Part shown: one piece after another, positions 26,901-39,859 of the stretch
How the letters are laid out: every line of letters begins with the position of its first letter
How positions within the stretch are numbered: the first letter of the stretch is position 1
NCBI GenBank assembly: GCA_026025075.1
Contig: JAPEUI010000051.1
Span: 62,001 to 117,128 of the forward strand
Direction: 5' to 3'
Source of the DNA: Vezdaea acicularis
Taxonomy: Eukaryota
DNA: 55,128 nt
The notes under the pieces: generated by a model
What the model saw: only the letters and a program-made list of their open reading frames with translations
The model's database searches: none
What the model was told of the DNA's origin: nothing
Position numbers and translations under genes: made by a program

Positions 26901-28811
26901 AGTCCCTTAGTGCCCAGGCCACTACCACCACCCTCTCAATATCAGTCACTTCCAGTTCATCAACAGTTATTATCTCACAAGCGTCGAATATCAGAGGTTG
27001 TAGATCTCACGGACGGCCAGCCAGGCTACTATAAAGTTGCGCGGCACGACTCACCTCACTTAGAGCTTGGCGCTAGACACGCGAACCTTCACCCGTCGCG
27101 CTCAATGACATCCATCCAGTTGCCGTTTGCTGGTACGCCAATATCTGCCCCAGACGCTTGGTCCAAACTTCACCCGTTGAGAAATGCCGATCTTGTTAGT
27201 GCCATCGATAGAAAAAGAGCCTTGCGAAGGTCGACGTACAATCCAAGATTTATCGCACGTGACATCCTTCTTGCTAGTGGAAGACATCCTGACGTTGGCG
27301 CGCTAAACCAACATCTGGAGCTACTGAAAAAGAACTTTTCCTGCATTAGTAACGACAGCGAATTAACTACTTTCCGGTGGGACTTTGTTGATCCAGGTGG
27401 TGTTCCTGTCCGGTCTAGAGCTTCTAGCAACACAGTTACTAAGTTACACAGCGCGGGCGTTAATGCAACTCAGAGTGCCCATCCCTCGCCTAACCATCGA
27501 ATTTCAAGTCAACCAGTTCCAGCCGATCCAAGCGACGGCGACATTGAAGAGATTCGTGAGTATTTGTGAATTTTTCAAGATACATGCGGTTCGCTAACCG
27601 TCCCATAGCTGCATCTGAATTTCGTACCACTACAAACGGGGCGAAAGAACTAGTAGATCGGGATACCGAACAAGGGAAACTTGACAGAAGTCGATCTTCA
27701 CTAGGAAATCCAAATAACAAAGTCAAGGCCAATCACCCTGTTCGATCCGTCGAGACTGAGCCGGACCAAGAGTCATCAGATTCCCCGCTAAGAAAGCGTC
27801 ACAGCCACCGAGGAACTTCTAGCGATAAAGCTGTATCAAAGTCCACAATGATACCTGCAAGAGGCAAGTCTAACCGTGGTAAGAGCGTTAGCTCTATGCC
27901 ACTTCGTCCCAGTGGTTTGAGGCACTCTATGTCCAGCTCATTAAATTTTGAGGGCAAATTTGCAGTTGTCGTCGAAAGCAGTCCGCCAAGCTCAACGACT
28001 AGCAGCAATGAAAGACATGCAAAGGCTGTTCAAATGGCTACCCAGCGACGCCAGCCAGCGGATATCTTCATGCAGGCGCCTAATGCAACGTTCAAAGAAT
28101 ATCGTTGCGGTTGGAAGGAATGTGGGGCTACTCTTCATAACGTCAATACACTACGTAAACATGTAGAGAAAAAACATGGAAAGCCAACAGACGGTATTCT
28201 TACCTGCTTTTGGAAGGACTGCGATACCGAGGAGATGATTGTTGAAGATGAGGTCTCTGGATGTGATAGGATTGTCTCCGGTCCGAAAACTTTCGCCTCG
28301 CAGAAGGCATGGGAAGACCACGTAGAGAAGGTGCATGTAACGCCGTATCTCTGGGAGCTTGGCGATGGTCCAGTCTCAGAACCATATGGTTAGTAAATCT
28401 TTTCCCTTTCTCTAGCTTGTTGCTTACTTGAACTCGTTGCATCATCTAGACGGCCACACCTCTGACTTGTCTGGTCACCTTACTGATGACCAAGGTCGCC
28501 GTCTTACGCCAATTGCCAAGCCACTGCCTAGGAAAAGGAAACCAGGCCTTGCTCCAGGCGAAGATGAGGGGTCCGTGTCTTCCTCACTTTTATCAGAGAA
28601 GGATATTGGCAATAAGCGTCTCCGCATAGCTCTAGAACGCTTCCACGAAGTTCAGAAAAGACGCCGCATAGATGGTCTTGAAGGCCCAGACATGGGACCT
28701 TTCATTGAGCGTGGTGGCTGCCGACTTGCAAAGAATGAGTTTCGCCAAATCTTCGACCTCAAAAAAGGCTATTCTAAGATTGTGAAGATAGACTCTGATC
28801 CGGAAGTTTGA
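23938..28811 (+). CDS. Large Ser/Gln/Pro-rich protein with C-terminal C2H2 zinc finger(s)
   Basis: Four long frames joined by introns at about 25585-25634, 27556-27608 and 28388-28449. YRCGWKECGATLHNVNTLRKHVEKKH is a C2H2 finger, followed by CFWKDC...HVEKVH. Ordered block YNPRFIARDILLASGRHP. Confidence 0.82.
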
Positions 28812-29615
28812 CCGGGTCTTGCAAAGTATGGAAGTGGGAGGCTGCAATTATCTTGCAGTACTCGGTGGGGAGGACATCGGTATATATTATGGCCTAGCAA
28901 TGAGGGTGCTCGATTAAGTGTATTATTAGAAGCGCCATGTCCGAGCGGTATACCCTAGTTTTTCTGCCTTGCAAGCGTGTTTGCACTGAAGCGGTTCTAG
29001 AACGCAAGTAGTATAGTAACAAGGGTTCAGTGCACAACACCAAGCTCTTTGCTGAAAATAGATAGTGTGATGAAGTTATCTTCATTCGTGGGCGTACTTG
29101 CATGACTTCTAGCTTTATAATCAAGAGTATACTATGCTATCTAAGTGTCTAACTAAAACTGCTATGGGTAACGCTGCATCGTATCGTCCTTCCCTTCTCG
29201 CAAAGCTGTTAAAAAGTTGTAAGGGTCCCTGCCATGTCATCATCACAAATTCCCAACGTCCAGCGCTATGACGGCTCCACCGCAGTCTCTGACAACAAAA
29301 TCCCGATGATGCCGCTGCAAACGCTGTAACAGACCCGACCCATGAAGAGATGCCTCGCACATGCATGCATGCAACACGCGGCGCCAGCCTGCGCCTGATC
29401 TTCCAAGTTCAATGCAATACCGCCGCCACGCTAATGTAACGGCACAGCCAGAACAGTGAGGGCGCCAACCTAGACGCATGGCAAACGCGATCGCGATACA
29501 CAACGTTCAGAAATCCAGAGAAAAAAATTCGAATCCTGTTTCCGAGGTAATTTCCTTTGATTCGCTAAAGGTAGTGATAGTAGGGCGAGCGTCGTGCGGC
29601 GTCCTTCGATCTGCC

Positions 29616-30276
29616 TTACTGTACTCCAGGGTGTAGGTCGTCATAGTAAGAGCTGGGGCTGGCGCCGTGATCGATGCCCAAGACAGTAAAGACAGTAGAG
29701 ATGACCCGGGATCCGATCATGGCGTGCGGGGTCATCATGGTGCTGTATGCAATCATGGCCTCCCGTTCGAACTCATGGATTAGATGTGGCGAGATCTTAG
29801 CACCATGGTTAAGGCGGTGGGTAGTGTAGGGTAGGCTTGCAGCCAAGAAAAGAGAGACAAACATCGCAGGAGCGGACTCGAGTACCGTTGAAGAAAAGAT
29901 CAGAGGGCATCGGTCGAAGGGCACTTCCGTGGTGTTACAGGATGGGGAAGAAACCTCCGTACTTTCGCGACCGGCTGCCTAAGGAAGCGGAGATCTGGTT
30001 AGTAAAGCCGGGGTTGGGCGGTCTAGTAGGGATAAAGGGGTATCTGCAAACACCGGACAAAAAATGTATATAAGAACACGGTAAGGGTGAGACTCGAGCT
30101 GCGAAGTAGTTGTTGACATATCACGACGTACGGTGGCGGTACCAAGGGAAAGTGAGAAAGTGAAAGCGACGTACGACACACTCGGCGCAGGCAGAACCGT
30201 TCACCCACACCCAGTTCTCGCAATCGTCGGTCAAGAAATATTTGCAGCGATACTTATAATAGCCGTTGCCGCTCAT
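29616..30276 (-). CDS. Small protein (about 154 aa) with N-terminal 4-Cys putative zinc-binding motif
   Basis: Exon 1 30276-30175 encodes MSGNGYYKYRCKYFLTDDCENWVWVNGSACAECV. Intron 30174-29979 (GTACGT...TACTAAC...TTAG). Exon 2 continues in frame AAGRESTEV... to TAA at 29616. The C-terminal extent is less certain. Confidence 0.72.
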
Positions 30277-33200
30277 CTTGAGAATCGAAGAAAGAAAAGA
30301 AAAAGGACGATTTAGAAAACAAGTAAACGAAAGAAACGGAGGGTCGTGAAGTTGCAATCGACGTGTTGATCCACGGCTGACTTGACTTGACTTGAGAGGG
30401 ATGCGGGGCAAGCACAGGCTTCATGCGAGTTGCCAATACTATATACCCATGCACAGTCTTCACTTCCCCTCCCTCTTCTCGTATCTGACTGCGCCAAGAT
30501 GGAGACGAAGGCATTGCCACGACTGAGGACGGTCTTTGCAGAGATCACAAGCGAAGGCGGCCATCAGAGGTGGTGTATAGACCTTCAAGGGGGGCCCCCT
30601 GGTGGGTTCTCGCCCGAAAAGGGCTAGGAACAGAATTAGCTGAGGAATCCTTCCAATCATTACTTGGGATAGAAAATCACCATGCCTTTCTGGCACGACA
30701 GACGTATACAGGATGCCCCCCCCCTTCCCCCCCCCCTTCTTCCCAGTGGGGCCAACATCATCCCGACCCCATCCTGACCCGGATATTAACCGGATGCCTC
30801 GACCGTTGGGTGTCATGGGATGAACTGAGGGCGCCTGCGGCAAGGGCTTGTGAGTATGCTGAGTGAATGGTGATCGCGTGCCGAGAGCCGCCCATGATTG
30901 CCTTGAAACGAGGCTAGCTGTTCGACTCCCGCTGCTGCTCCATCAGAATGGAATAACCATTCGAGCTTCTTCACCCTGAGGAGCCACGAAGTATGCCCAT
31001 TCCCAACCCTTGATGCAGAAGTAGCTTCTGCATCTCAGGCGTGCATCGACCTACGGAGAAGAGGGTGCTGACAACTGCGTGGCAATCACGAGCCACTCAC
31101 GAAGAGAGGCTCTATTCAAGCCACGATGGCGCAAGGCTTCTTTCGTATTGCTTTTGCATCCCCCTAGCGACCGGTTTTTCATGGTAATTTTCTGAAGCCG
31201 ACGTCATTTGAGATCTTGACGAGCACGAGCGAGATGGGACGAATGTCATGTTGTGTAACCTAGACCTCACTAAATGCGGTAGCGTTGTTATGCAATTTCG
31301 CTGCAGCCCTAATCCATCTCGACGACGAATTATGGGGTTCGGTCAAGCCGCTAAGGGCTTTATGAGCGCTCACATCTTGGCAAACGCACCCACGGCGGCT
31401 CGAGGCAACAGAAAGGAGGGTTCGTTTCTGTGTGGGTCTGGCTCGCTTCAATTGGCACACATTGGACTGTATAGATCCTTGGTCGTGCATGCAGACGTTC
31501 CTCTAGGGATGTGGCAATCGCTGGCTTAAATGGTTGGTGGACGCTTCGTGTGGTGTTATTGAATACGAAGACGATACGTTTGTGTGGTCCCCATAGGGGC
31601 TAGATGCTCTGGGCTCCGGTTCCGATGAGAAATTGCAAGTATAGACAGAAGAGAGATATGGCGCTGACAGGACATGACACGTCGAATATTTAGATCCCTT
31701 TCGCGAACCATCAACAATACATGCCCACGGCAGCGGAGTTCAGGGCTATTTGACTTACAGGTTGGGATTTGGGAGAGAGAGCTGAAGCTATACTGCTCTT
31801 TCACAGGCCCGAGGAATCGATCGATGCCACCATTACATTTAGAAGTCGCACAGTAACAACGGAGAGAGCAGAGCACCAAAAGTACACACTAGAAGTGCGA
31901 ATAATAAGATAATTCTGGATGAATTAAGGTCAACAGTTGCGTGCACACCTTATTAATCTCACATGATTGAAATTGGTTCGTCTGGGGGGCCCCTGAACAA
32001 TTTCCAGATACAATAATGAACTACCCTTCCCAAGCGAAGGAACTTTTAGCTGAATTACACACGAAAAAGAAAACTTGAAAACGCATTCCTCTGCGGATAT
32101 CGAATGTTTCCACCATGGGCGGCCAAAAAGACGGTAATGCTTACAGATGGCATGCCAGTGGTACCAGGTGTTTAGCTTGAAAGGCTCCAGAACACGTAGG
32201 TAAGTTTAGACAGAGACTTTCTGCAAGCATTGACTCGATCTCAACCCTTTAAGACAGTCCCGCTAGATCAAGTGACAGAGGACTACGCATTCAACAGGGA
32301 CTCGGCCTATTCTCGGAGCTACGTACTCCTTTGGTGATGTACCCCGAATTGATGGCTGGAAGGATCATGAAGGTCATGAAGCATCATACAGGGCCTAGCC
32401 GAAGCAGCTTTAGTTCCCGGAAAGTTTCGCATAAAAGCTAATAACCGTGATCTCCATTGCATAGACATAGGTCGGAGCTATCGCGGATATGAAAATGGCG
32501 AGCTGATGGGGAGTCCAGTGGTCAACAATAGGCGATATGCTATTGATTGACTCTGGCGGACCTTGTACCGTCTTGGAACGGACCATCAAATGGCCGAAGC
32601 CGACAGCTTCGCCTCGAAGAACCCGTCCTGCGTCAAGTCTTTTTTCAGCCGGCTATATAGTCGCAGCATGGTCTGAGTTGTTCGCCTATTGAGACAGTGG
32701 ATTGAAGCGCTTGTAGGGACCGAATGTCCCTGCACCTTCGCTTCTGATCCTTCCGTAGGATACTAACCTCAGGTGAGAGCCCTGGCGGTGGCGAGGAGTC
32801 AGCGCGCTGCCTTGAACCGAGCGAGGTTCGTCATGATCAGGATCAACAAGGCTCCTCGTCTCCAAAATCTAGGCGAAGGTGTCAGCCATGAAGTTAAACA
32901 TACTGGTAAGGGTGGAGGGGTGTCTCAGGGTCCCAAACCTTCAACATCTTCAACGGCCAAGAGACTTCTCCTATTTTGGACTGCTGCGTGTCCTGGACAA
33001 ATACGCAATAAAACAGCACATTCAGTAAAGCATAATAAGCGGAAAAGCTCGTTCTTGACACCGTTGCTCTAGTTTACACAATCGCTATTCGAAGGCAATG
33101 TTCGGAGAGCGAGGTGCAGATCGACGTGCAATATGTAATCGTCATCTCCCGAATAAAGTCCGGTCCCGCCACAATCTGGCAGCCCCTTTTACACCAGCTA

Positions 33201-36200
33201 AGACGGGCGTGGCAGAAAAACAAATGAAAGTAGCGTGGACCTCATATTCCTACAAGGGATCCTCTGATCCTCTGTCCATATCAAAACATGTCTTGCAATG
33301 CTTCCTTTTTAAGAATGAGAACGGGATGGAATATCAAAGACTCAATGCTATTGGCTGACATTGGAAATTGACGTGATAAAGCGGGGAACCCATCCGATCC
33401 TTGATCTGCGCTTCCAAGATTGCGAAGGGCCCGTCCATATTTCACACACACCTCGGAATATGGAGAGACACGTCAATGAAGACCGCTGCAGCGTAATCAA
33501 CAGAGCATGAAATCGCTCAGAGAATTATGGAATCTAGCTGCTCAAGTTGTCAACAACCTTTACGGATGACATCTAGAGAAAGTGGATCGTTTTTCTTTAG
33601 GTACTCATAGAACAAGGCAATAAGCCGACAATCCTCCACCTTAAGTCATCTGCCAGTACTGCAATATGTTCAATGTATGCCGATAGCCAAAGCCACTTTG
33701 GACTCGACAAACATCTCCGTTTGTCGGAAGTCATCTTGGCGAAAATTTCTTGCACCGAGAGTGGACGACAACCAGGAAATACTCCCTGGTGTCGGCCTCT
33801 TAGGGCCCAGAGGATTTCTCCATGATCGCAGCTAGCCCTGTGCTCGTAGTGGTCTACGGAAAACCAATATATGTGGGAGCGTCAGCTAAGTCCGTGCAAT
33901 TCACCATTCCGTCAACTCCCGAAGTATGGGACAGGACTTTACCGCAAGACCAATATTCCTCCATCAGCCTCGGAATCAACGGCGGCCAGGAAGATACAGA
34001 CTCAAGGCGAGAAAGCACGCCTATTGTGACCCGGCGTGTGCGATGAAGGGGGGAACTTAGCTCGAGATGGTTTCGAAGCCTAGTCGACGGGCCAACTCAC
34101 TAGCCGCTAGGGATCAAGCATTACACCAAGTCAGAGCAGCCGATCAATTCGGTTGCGGCGCTGGCCAGCAGACTAGAGATGATAGGGGAGCGCATTGATA
34201 GATGATCCAAGGACAAGCTGGAAGCGGCGGACGGGCGACCCAGAGGATCGAGAATTTCCCCGCATCGAACAGCGAACTAGCTGAACAATCTCTGGTCGAG
34301 AGGATCAACCAAGATGAACCAAGCGCAAGGTCCTCCCAGAGATCGTCCAACCGATGGCGAAACGCTTTGATCACAAGGTACAATGGAAGCGAGGAGGGCG
34401 ATATTAAGCATTGAGTCTATTTGCCCTGGAAGTACAAGCTTGGACAATCGATGTCACCAGATGACAGGGCCATCACAGCTGGCGCTCGAATTTTACGATC
34501 TCCTCCCTGACGAGAGCAGCGAGCGAACGGACTTTCCCTTCTCAAGCATTCCAAAACGCGCGAGGCATTTTGCTCGTATGGCCTGTCGCCATCGTAGACC
34601 TGCTTGGTCGGCTTCTATGTCGCTGCTGGGTTGTGGGTGGCAGCATGCATGAGGCACACTTGCATCGAAAAAGAAAGTACGGGCGCGGCCAATGGCTGGA
34701 ATCGACGAATCAGGGGTGGCGGACAATGCTTCTGGAAGGCGATCTGGGTGGGTTCAATTCCTTCTCTCGCATGACGCTAACGAAGCTCCGTTCTTCCATG
34801 CAGCTTCGAAAGCCTCGAAATGCTGTCACGCTTCGGCGCTAGCGGGATTTATCACTTTGCCCGCGCCTCGGAGTCCGCCGTGCAGACCGCGTCAGTGACA
34901 ACTTCCCAGACGGCCCTCGATACGGCTGCGGGCATGCTTACAGGAGAATCATGTATTATGTTACCGCGAGCGGACGAACCATATCAGACCAACATCGCTC
35001 GAGCATCAGCACTGGAGCGTGCGGCTAGTGGGCATGCTAGGGTTGAAGGCTGTTCGATCTGAGTTTGGCCCTACGCATCGCCCGCGATGGTCCCTCGCGG
35101 TTTCCGAGGTTGAGCTCGCGTCAACCCTGCCGCCTCCCAAGCCTCATCTGCACAGTCGCAACAACGTCCGAAGCGTTTCTGGGCTGGGGCTGCTCAGGCG
35201 CAACGGTCGCCCGCATTCGCGCACCGTGTCATCCTTGCGCTTGGGAAGTGATATCTTGGGATATCCTATTCTTGACTCGCAGCGCGGTGATGGCAGTGTC
35301 GTCCTTCCGCGATTGCGCCGAAGAGGATCGCAAAGGATCCATGGGATGGGCAAGAACAGCCCCAGGCTGAGTGCAGCCAAGCAGCGTTACTCCCGAAGGC
35401 AGAAGTCGATGGCCTGAGGGGGCCAGGCGTCGACGGCTGGATGATTACCGTCACGCCCCGACCGGCAAAGTAGGCCCCCCCCTCGAGTGAAGCTACTCCA
35501 TGCGGCGCGCCGGCCCTGACCTAGGGAAAAAGCAGAAATGCGCCTCTGGGCGTGGGCCTGCATGACTCGTGCTGGCCGTTCATGGCCAGCTCATACGCGA
35601 ATGGCGACGGCCAGAGTGCCTGGCCAGCGCGAGCGAGGCAGGGCCCTAGGACATCCGCTCGTACTCGACTAGAGAGAAAGAGTGGGTGGAAGGCGGTCGC
35701 ACGGACGCTGACTACGGAGCCAACCGCGCTTACCCTGGTCGTGTTGTGGGCAGCGTGCGGGATGACCGTATAGACAGCGCGGTGTCTAATGATGCAACGA
35801 CTCTAGCTCCTCGATGCGACAAATGATCGACGAGAGACAGACAGGAGGAGAGAAGGAGAGAAAAAAAGCTGATCCTGTGCAAGTATCAAATCTTACAGAA
35901 CAGCTTGGCGGGGAGGCATCGTGTTCGCCTCCCCCCCTTCCCCGGACAGACGAGCGACTCCTCCAATCTCGCTCGGGCTTCCATCGAAAAGTTCCGCGCC
36001 GCTTCTACTCTCTCGCTTAGTGAGCGCTCTCCGCCATTCGCCGGCCGCCCCCGGCGCCGACCCCGGCTCACAGTTTTTCCACGTCTCGCGCTATCCTCAC
36101 GCACTTCGCACCTTCTCGCCCACACCGCGGCCGGCTCTTGCGGAGCCTTACTGGATCGATGCTAGCCCGGGGGGTAATGATTTTCCGGCCGAACGAATCA

Positions 36201-37282
36201 CACTCACCCGCGCGTCGTGACGTGCGCTGGGGGCGGACTTTCGCACCACCTTTTGCCTTCGTCATAACTCCTGCATGGACGCCTCCCACCAGCGCGAGCA
36301 TTGGGACCCGCAGACCGTCGACGGTGGACCCCACGAAGAGAGACTAAGCTTTTGCTTTTTCAACTTGGAGGCCGCAGTCACTGGGTGTGGAGCACGAGCG
36401 TGGAACAGATTAGCCGCGTCTGACTGGCCCAAGCCCTCCGCTGCGGTTGTCCTGCGTCTACGTCGAGTGCAACCGCTCCCGTTCGCCGCATCCCCAGAGC
36501 CAGCGCGAGGTCCTTGGCCTCAGACTCGGGGTTAACACCGTCCCCCCACCTGAGACCGAGCTGATCCAGATGGTCCGATATGGAGCGCTTCCCCTTTGAC
36601 CATCTCGTGTCTCGGGCTTCCGGTGCGCGCGGCAGGCGTGAATCCCGACCGGCGCGGGGAGGCGTTGGTGTTGGGGTGGGCAAGGCATGTCTCAAACGGC
36701 CCGCTTGGTATCGCGCAAGAGCAGCTGGTCGGCCATTTGCCCTTGAGTCTGTACCACCCTGCATCATTACCCTTACCCTAACCTCCCCCCGACCACACCA
36801 TACCATACCCTCCTACTACTGCGCTGTGTACAAAGCCCTCACACGCACGTACACCGTCCGCCAACTCCACCCCATGTCGCCTCGCCCCCAGACACGACCT
36901 GGCTTGCCCTGGCCCCGCCGGCGCGGCCTACAGACACCAATGCAACTGGATGCATCGGCCGCTGCATCGCATGCAGGTGCGGCGCCGCTGATCTATCTTT
37001 TGCATGTGTCCCACTCTGCGTGCAGTCAACCTCCCCACGCTTTGCTGGCCTTGAAATAACCTCGACGCCCCCCCCAGTCTTCCTCGTTCCTGGCTCCCCT
37101 TGATCTTACTCACATCAACACTCATAAAGCAAACGGCCCGTCAGCCTGATATCAATGGTTGTTATCTTCAACGTCACATCTTCTTTAATGACTGTTACCT
37201 CGACTGTCTCTTCCTCGTTGATGACCATACACCACGGTTCCTCGTACACATCTAACCACGATCGACGACCACGACCACGACC

Positions 37283-38807
37283 ATGCCTTCCACCTCCGAG
37301 AACCTTCACCTCCAAGCACACCCCTCCGGCCCAGCGGTAGTCCCCAAGAAGCGCCGTCGGCGCAACGCCGCCACCGGCGCCGCCAACGACTGTTTTGCCT
37401 GTCAGAAGCGCGGGACGAAGTGTGATCGCCGTCGTCCGTACTGCACGCCCTGCCTCGAATTTGGGAAGGATTGCTCGGGTTACAAGACGCAGTTGACGTG
37501 GGGAGTCGGCATCGCCTCTCGCGGCAAGCTACGAGGTCTCCCCTCCCCCGTGGCCCAGCGTACATCTTCCTCAAAGGCGGAGACCAGCAGACGCTCCTCC
37601 CCTGCCAAATCCGCAACCTCCACCCCCGACCTCTCCTCTTCGGCCACTACCTTTGAGGACGCCCTCTCAGCTGGTCATCCCTCTCCAAGCGCCAACAGCA
37701 TCTCCTACGACTTCATCCCTTCCCAGCACTCTCCGCTGCCCCTCTCCCCCCAACAGCGCCTCCTACCTCAACACACGCCAGACTGGCGCATACCCTCCCC
37801 CGCCACCTCCACTCCGCTCAGCGGCCTCAACGACAACCCGAACGAAGACTTTTCGCATATCAAGATCCTCGGCGCCGCCTACGAGGTTGATCATCCCTAC
37901 TCCGAGCTGGCACAGCTCCAGAGCCTAGGCTACAACAGCCTGACGCAATCCTCTCTCGAGCATGCCGCTCAGTATGCCGCCTCCAGCTTCGGGAGCGCCT
38001 ACTCGGACTGCACGAGCGACTTTGGAAGTCCGCTAGAATATCCCATGTCCCCACAACAGCCGCTGCCGATGTTCCAGCCGCTCCCACCGCCATCGTTGCA
38101 GCAAGTGCAGCAGCAGCAGCAGCAACATCTGCAGGTACAGCAACAACATCAGCACCAGGGACAGCCTCAGCCTCAGCACCAGCACCACCAGCAGTTCCAG
38201 CTCTACACACATCCACCGCACCCCCAGCAGCAACCCCGCCCAACCTCCCTCTACTCCAACACCAACCGCGGCCCAACCTCCTGTCCAGACCCCTATAGCA
38301 CCGCCACCACTTCCTCGCTCAAAGAGAGCCTCCTCAGCGACGCCCACAGTATCTGCAGCGGCAGCCTCGATGGCTCTTCCTCCTCCGTCGGCGCTGCCGG
38401 CGAGCTGCCCGGCCGCGAATGGGACGGCCTCGGCAGCTTGCTCTTCGATGACGAGGTGCTCGGGCTCGGAAACGCGAGCGGCATCGGCTTAGGACGGGCC
38501 GGCGCCGATTTGGAACTGGGCTATGGGTGAGTTCACCTCTCATCCAAAACATCCGCCTTGTAAACAGAGCGGATGGATGCCCATCCAGGGGAAAGGAGGC
38601 TTTTTTACTGATGCAAACGTGCGCAGACTTGGCTATGAAATGGTCCCCTCCCTCTTATCGTCTACCTCCACCTCCACCGCCTCCACCGCCTCCACCGCCT
38701 CCACCACTACCGCTGCCGCGTCGACGGGTATGAACGAGCTGACTGGCCTGCCGACGACAGGCTACGAGAGCCCGATGGTAGGCCAGCCATTTATGTTTGA
38801 TTGCTAA
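37283..38807 (+). CDS. Zn(II)2Cys6 transcription factor (Acr-2-like zinc cluster) with polyQ region
   Basis: KKRRRR NLS; CFACQKRGTKCDRRRPYCTPCLEFGKDC followed by YKTQLTWGVGIASRGKLRG. Intron 38527-38626, stop at 38807. Confidence 0.9.
38098..38232 (+). repeat. CAG/CAA/CAC-rich tract encoding a Gln/His-rich region
   Basis: cagcaagtgcagcagcagcagcagcaacat... encodes QQVQQQQQQHLQVQQQHQHQGQPQPQHQHHQQ. Confidence 0.8.
38671..38706 (+). repeat. 9-bp coding tandem repeat (CCTCCACCG) encoding STASTASTAST
   Basis: cctccaccgcctccaccgcctccaccgcctccacca. Confidence 0.8.
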
Positions 38808-39859
38808 GGGTTGGGTCGTACTCGTTTGCTTGGTACCTCGTTTACTTGGTTGGTTGATATACGGCTTTTCTTGACTTATTGCATCGTCCGTTCGCGCGTC
38901 TCGGGGTTCATGTTGGAAAGTATTCGAGTTGTTTTGGCATCGGCCTGCGCGTGTGTGGTCTCTTGTTCTTTCCTGTCTAATGGGGGGTGAATCTTGTCGT
39001 ATCTCATATATTTTCTCACTCTCTTTCCCTCTCTTCCACAGCATCTCACCCCCTCCCCCCCCCAAAAAAAGCAACAGCATAGCGCGAGCGAAAGGTCTGC
39101 ACGAACGTATTTTCTTGTCTTCTATTATTTTCGTTCCTGGATTTCTGTCTGTCTCTCTGCATCCTTTGGTTACTCTCGTCATCGTCGGGGTTGTTATTCT
39201 TCTTAATTGTTGTAGTAATTAGCGAAGTTGGTCGACAGGGTAGCGGAATCAGTTGGTTGGTTGGTTGATTGAGTAGCTGGTTAGCTATGTATTATTGACT
39301 ATATACTTATTTCATCCGTGGGAGATGTTGGGGCTGGCTGGCTAACTCGCTGGCTGTTTAACTGGCCGATTGGCAAGCTGACCAGCTATACCGTGAATAT
39401 CACACCAACACCCCAACATCCCCCGCAATCATCCCGGTTCATGATTCCGTACTGGATTATACGATACTGTAATGCACTGGATTGGATTGGACTGTGCAGA
39501 ACTAAATTGAGATTTTGCCTATGAGACCCATTTTTTCGCTGTGCATTGCATTGCCTTGCCTGACTATCGGTGTGTATGAGAGGTACGATCCCTTCCATCC
39601 GTCCATCAATCCAGTGATCCATCTAGCAAAAAAAAGAACAAGGCAGAAAGACAAAAGGAGAAAAGCCCGGATGGTACTATACAACAGAAAGAAAAGGGGA
39701 TGAGTCGAGGGCACACGTGTCTGTGAAAAAGAAGACCGAGTGAGAGGACTATGAGCCGCTCCCTCCATCAACCAACCCCTTACAATTTACGATCCCATCC
39801 CGAACCATCTCCACGCGGCCACGTCCATCATCCCATCTTCGAATATCCCCAGTGACACT

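Noticed and set aside
30910..30943. tRNA-like GTTCGACTCCC...CTCCA
   Set aside because: No T-stem pairing, no matching acceptor 5' strand, and no D or anticodon arms.
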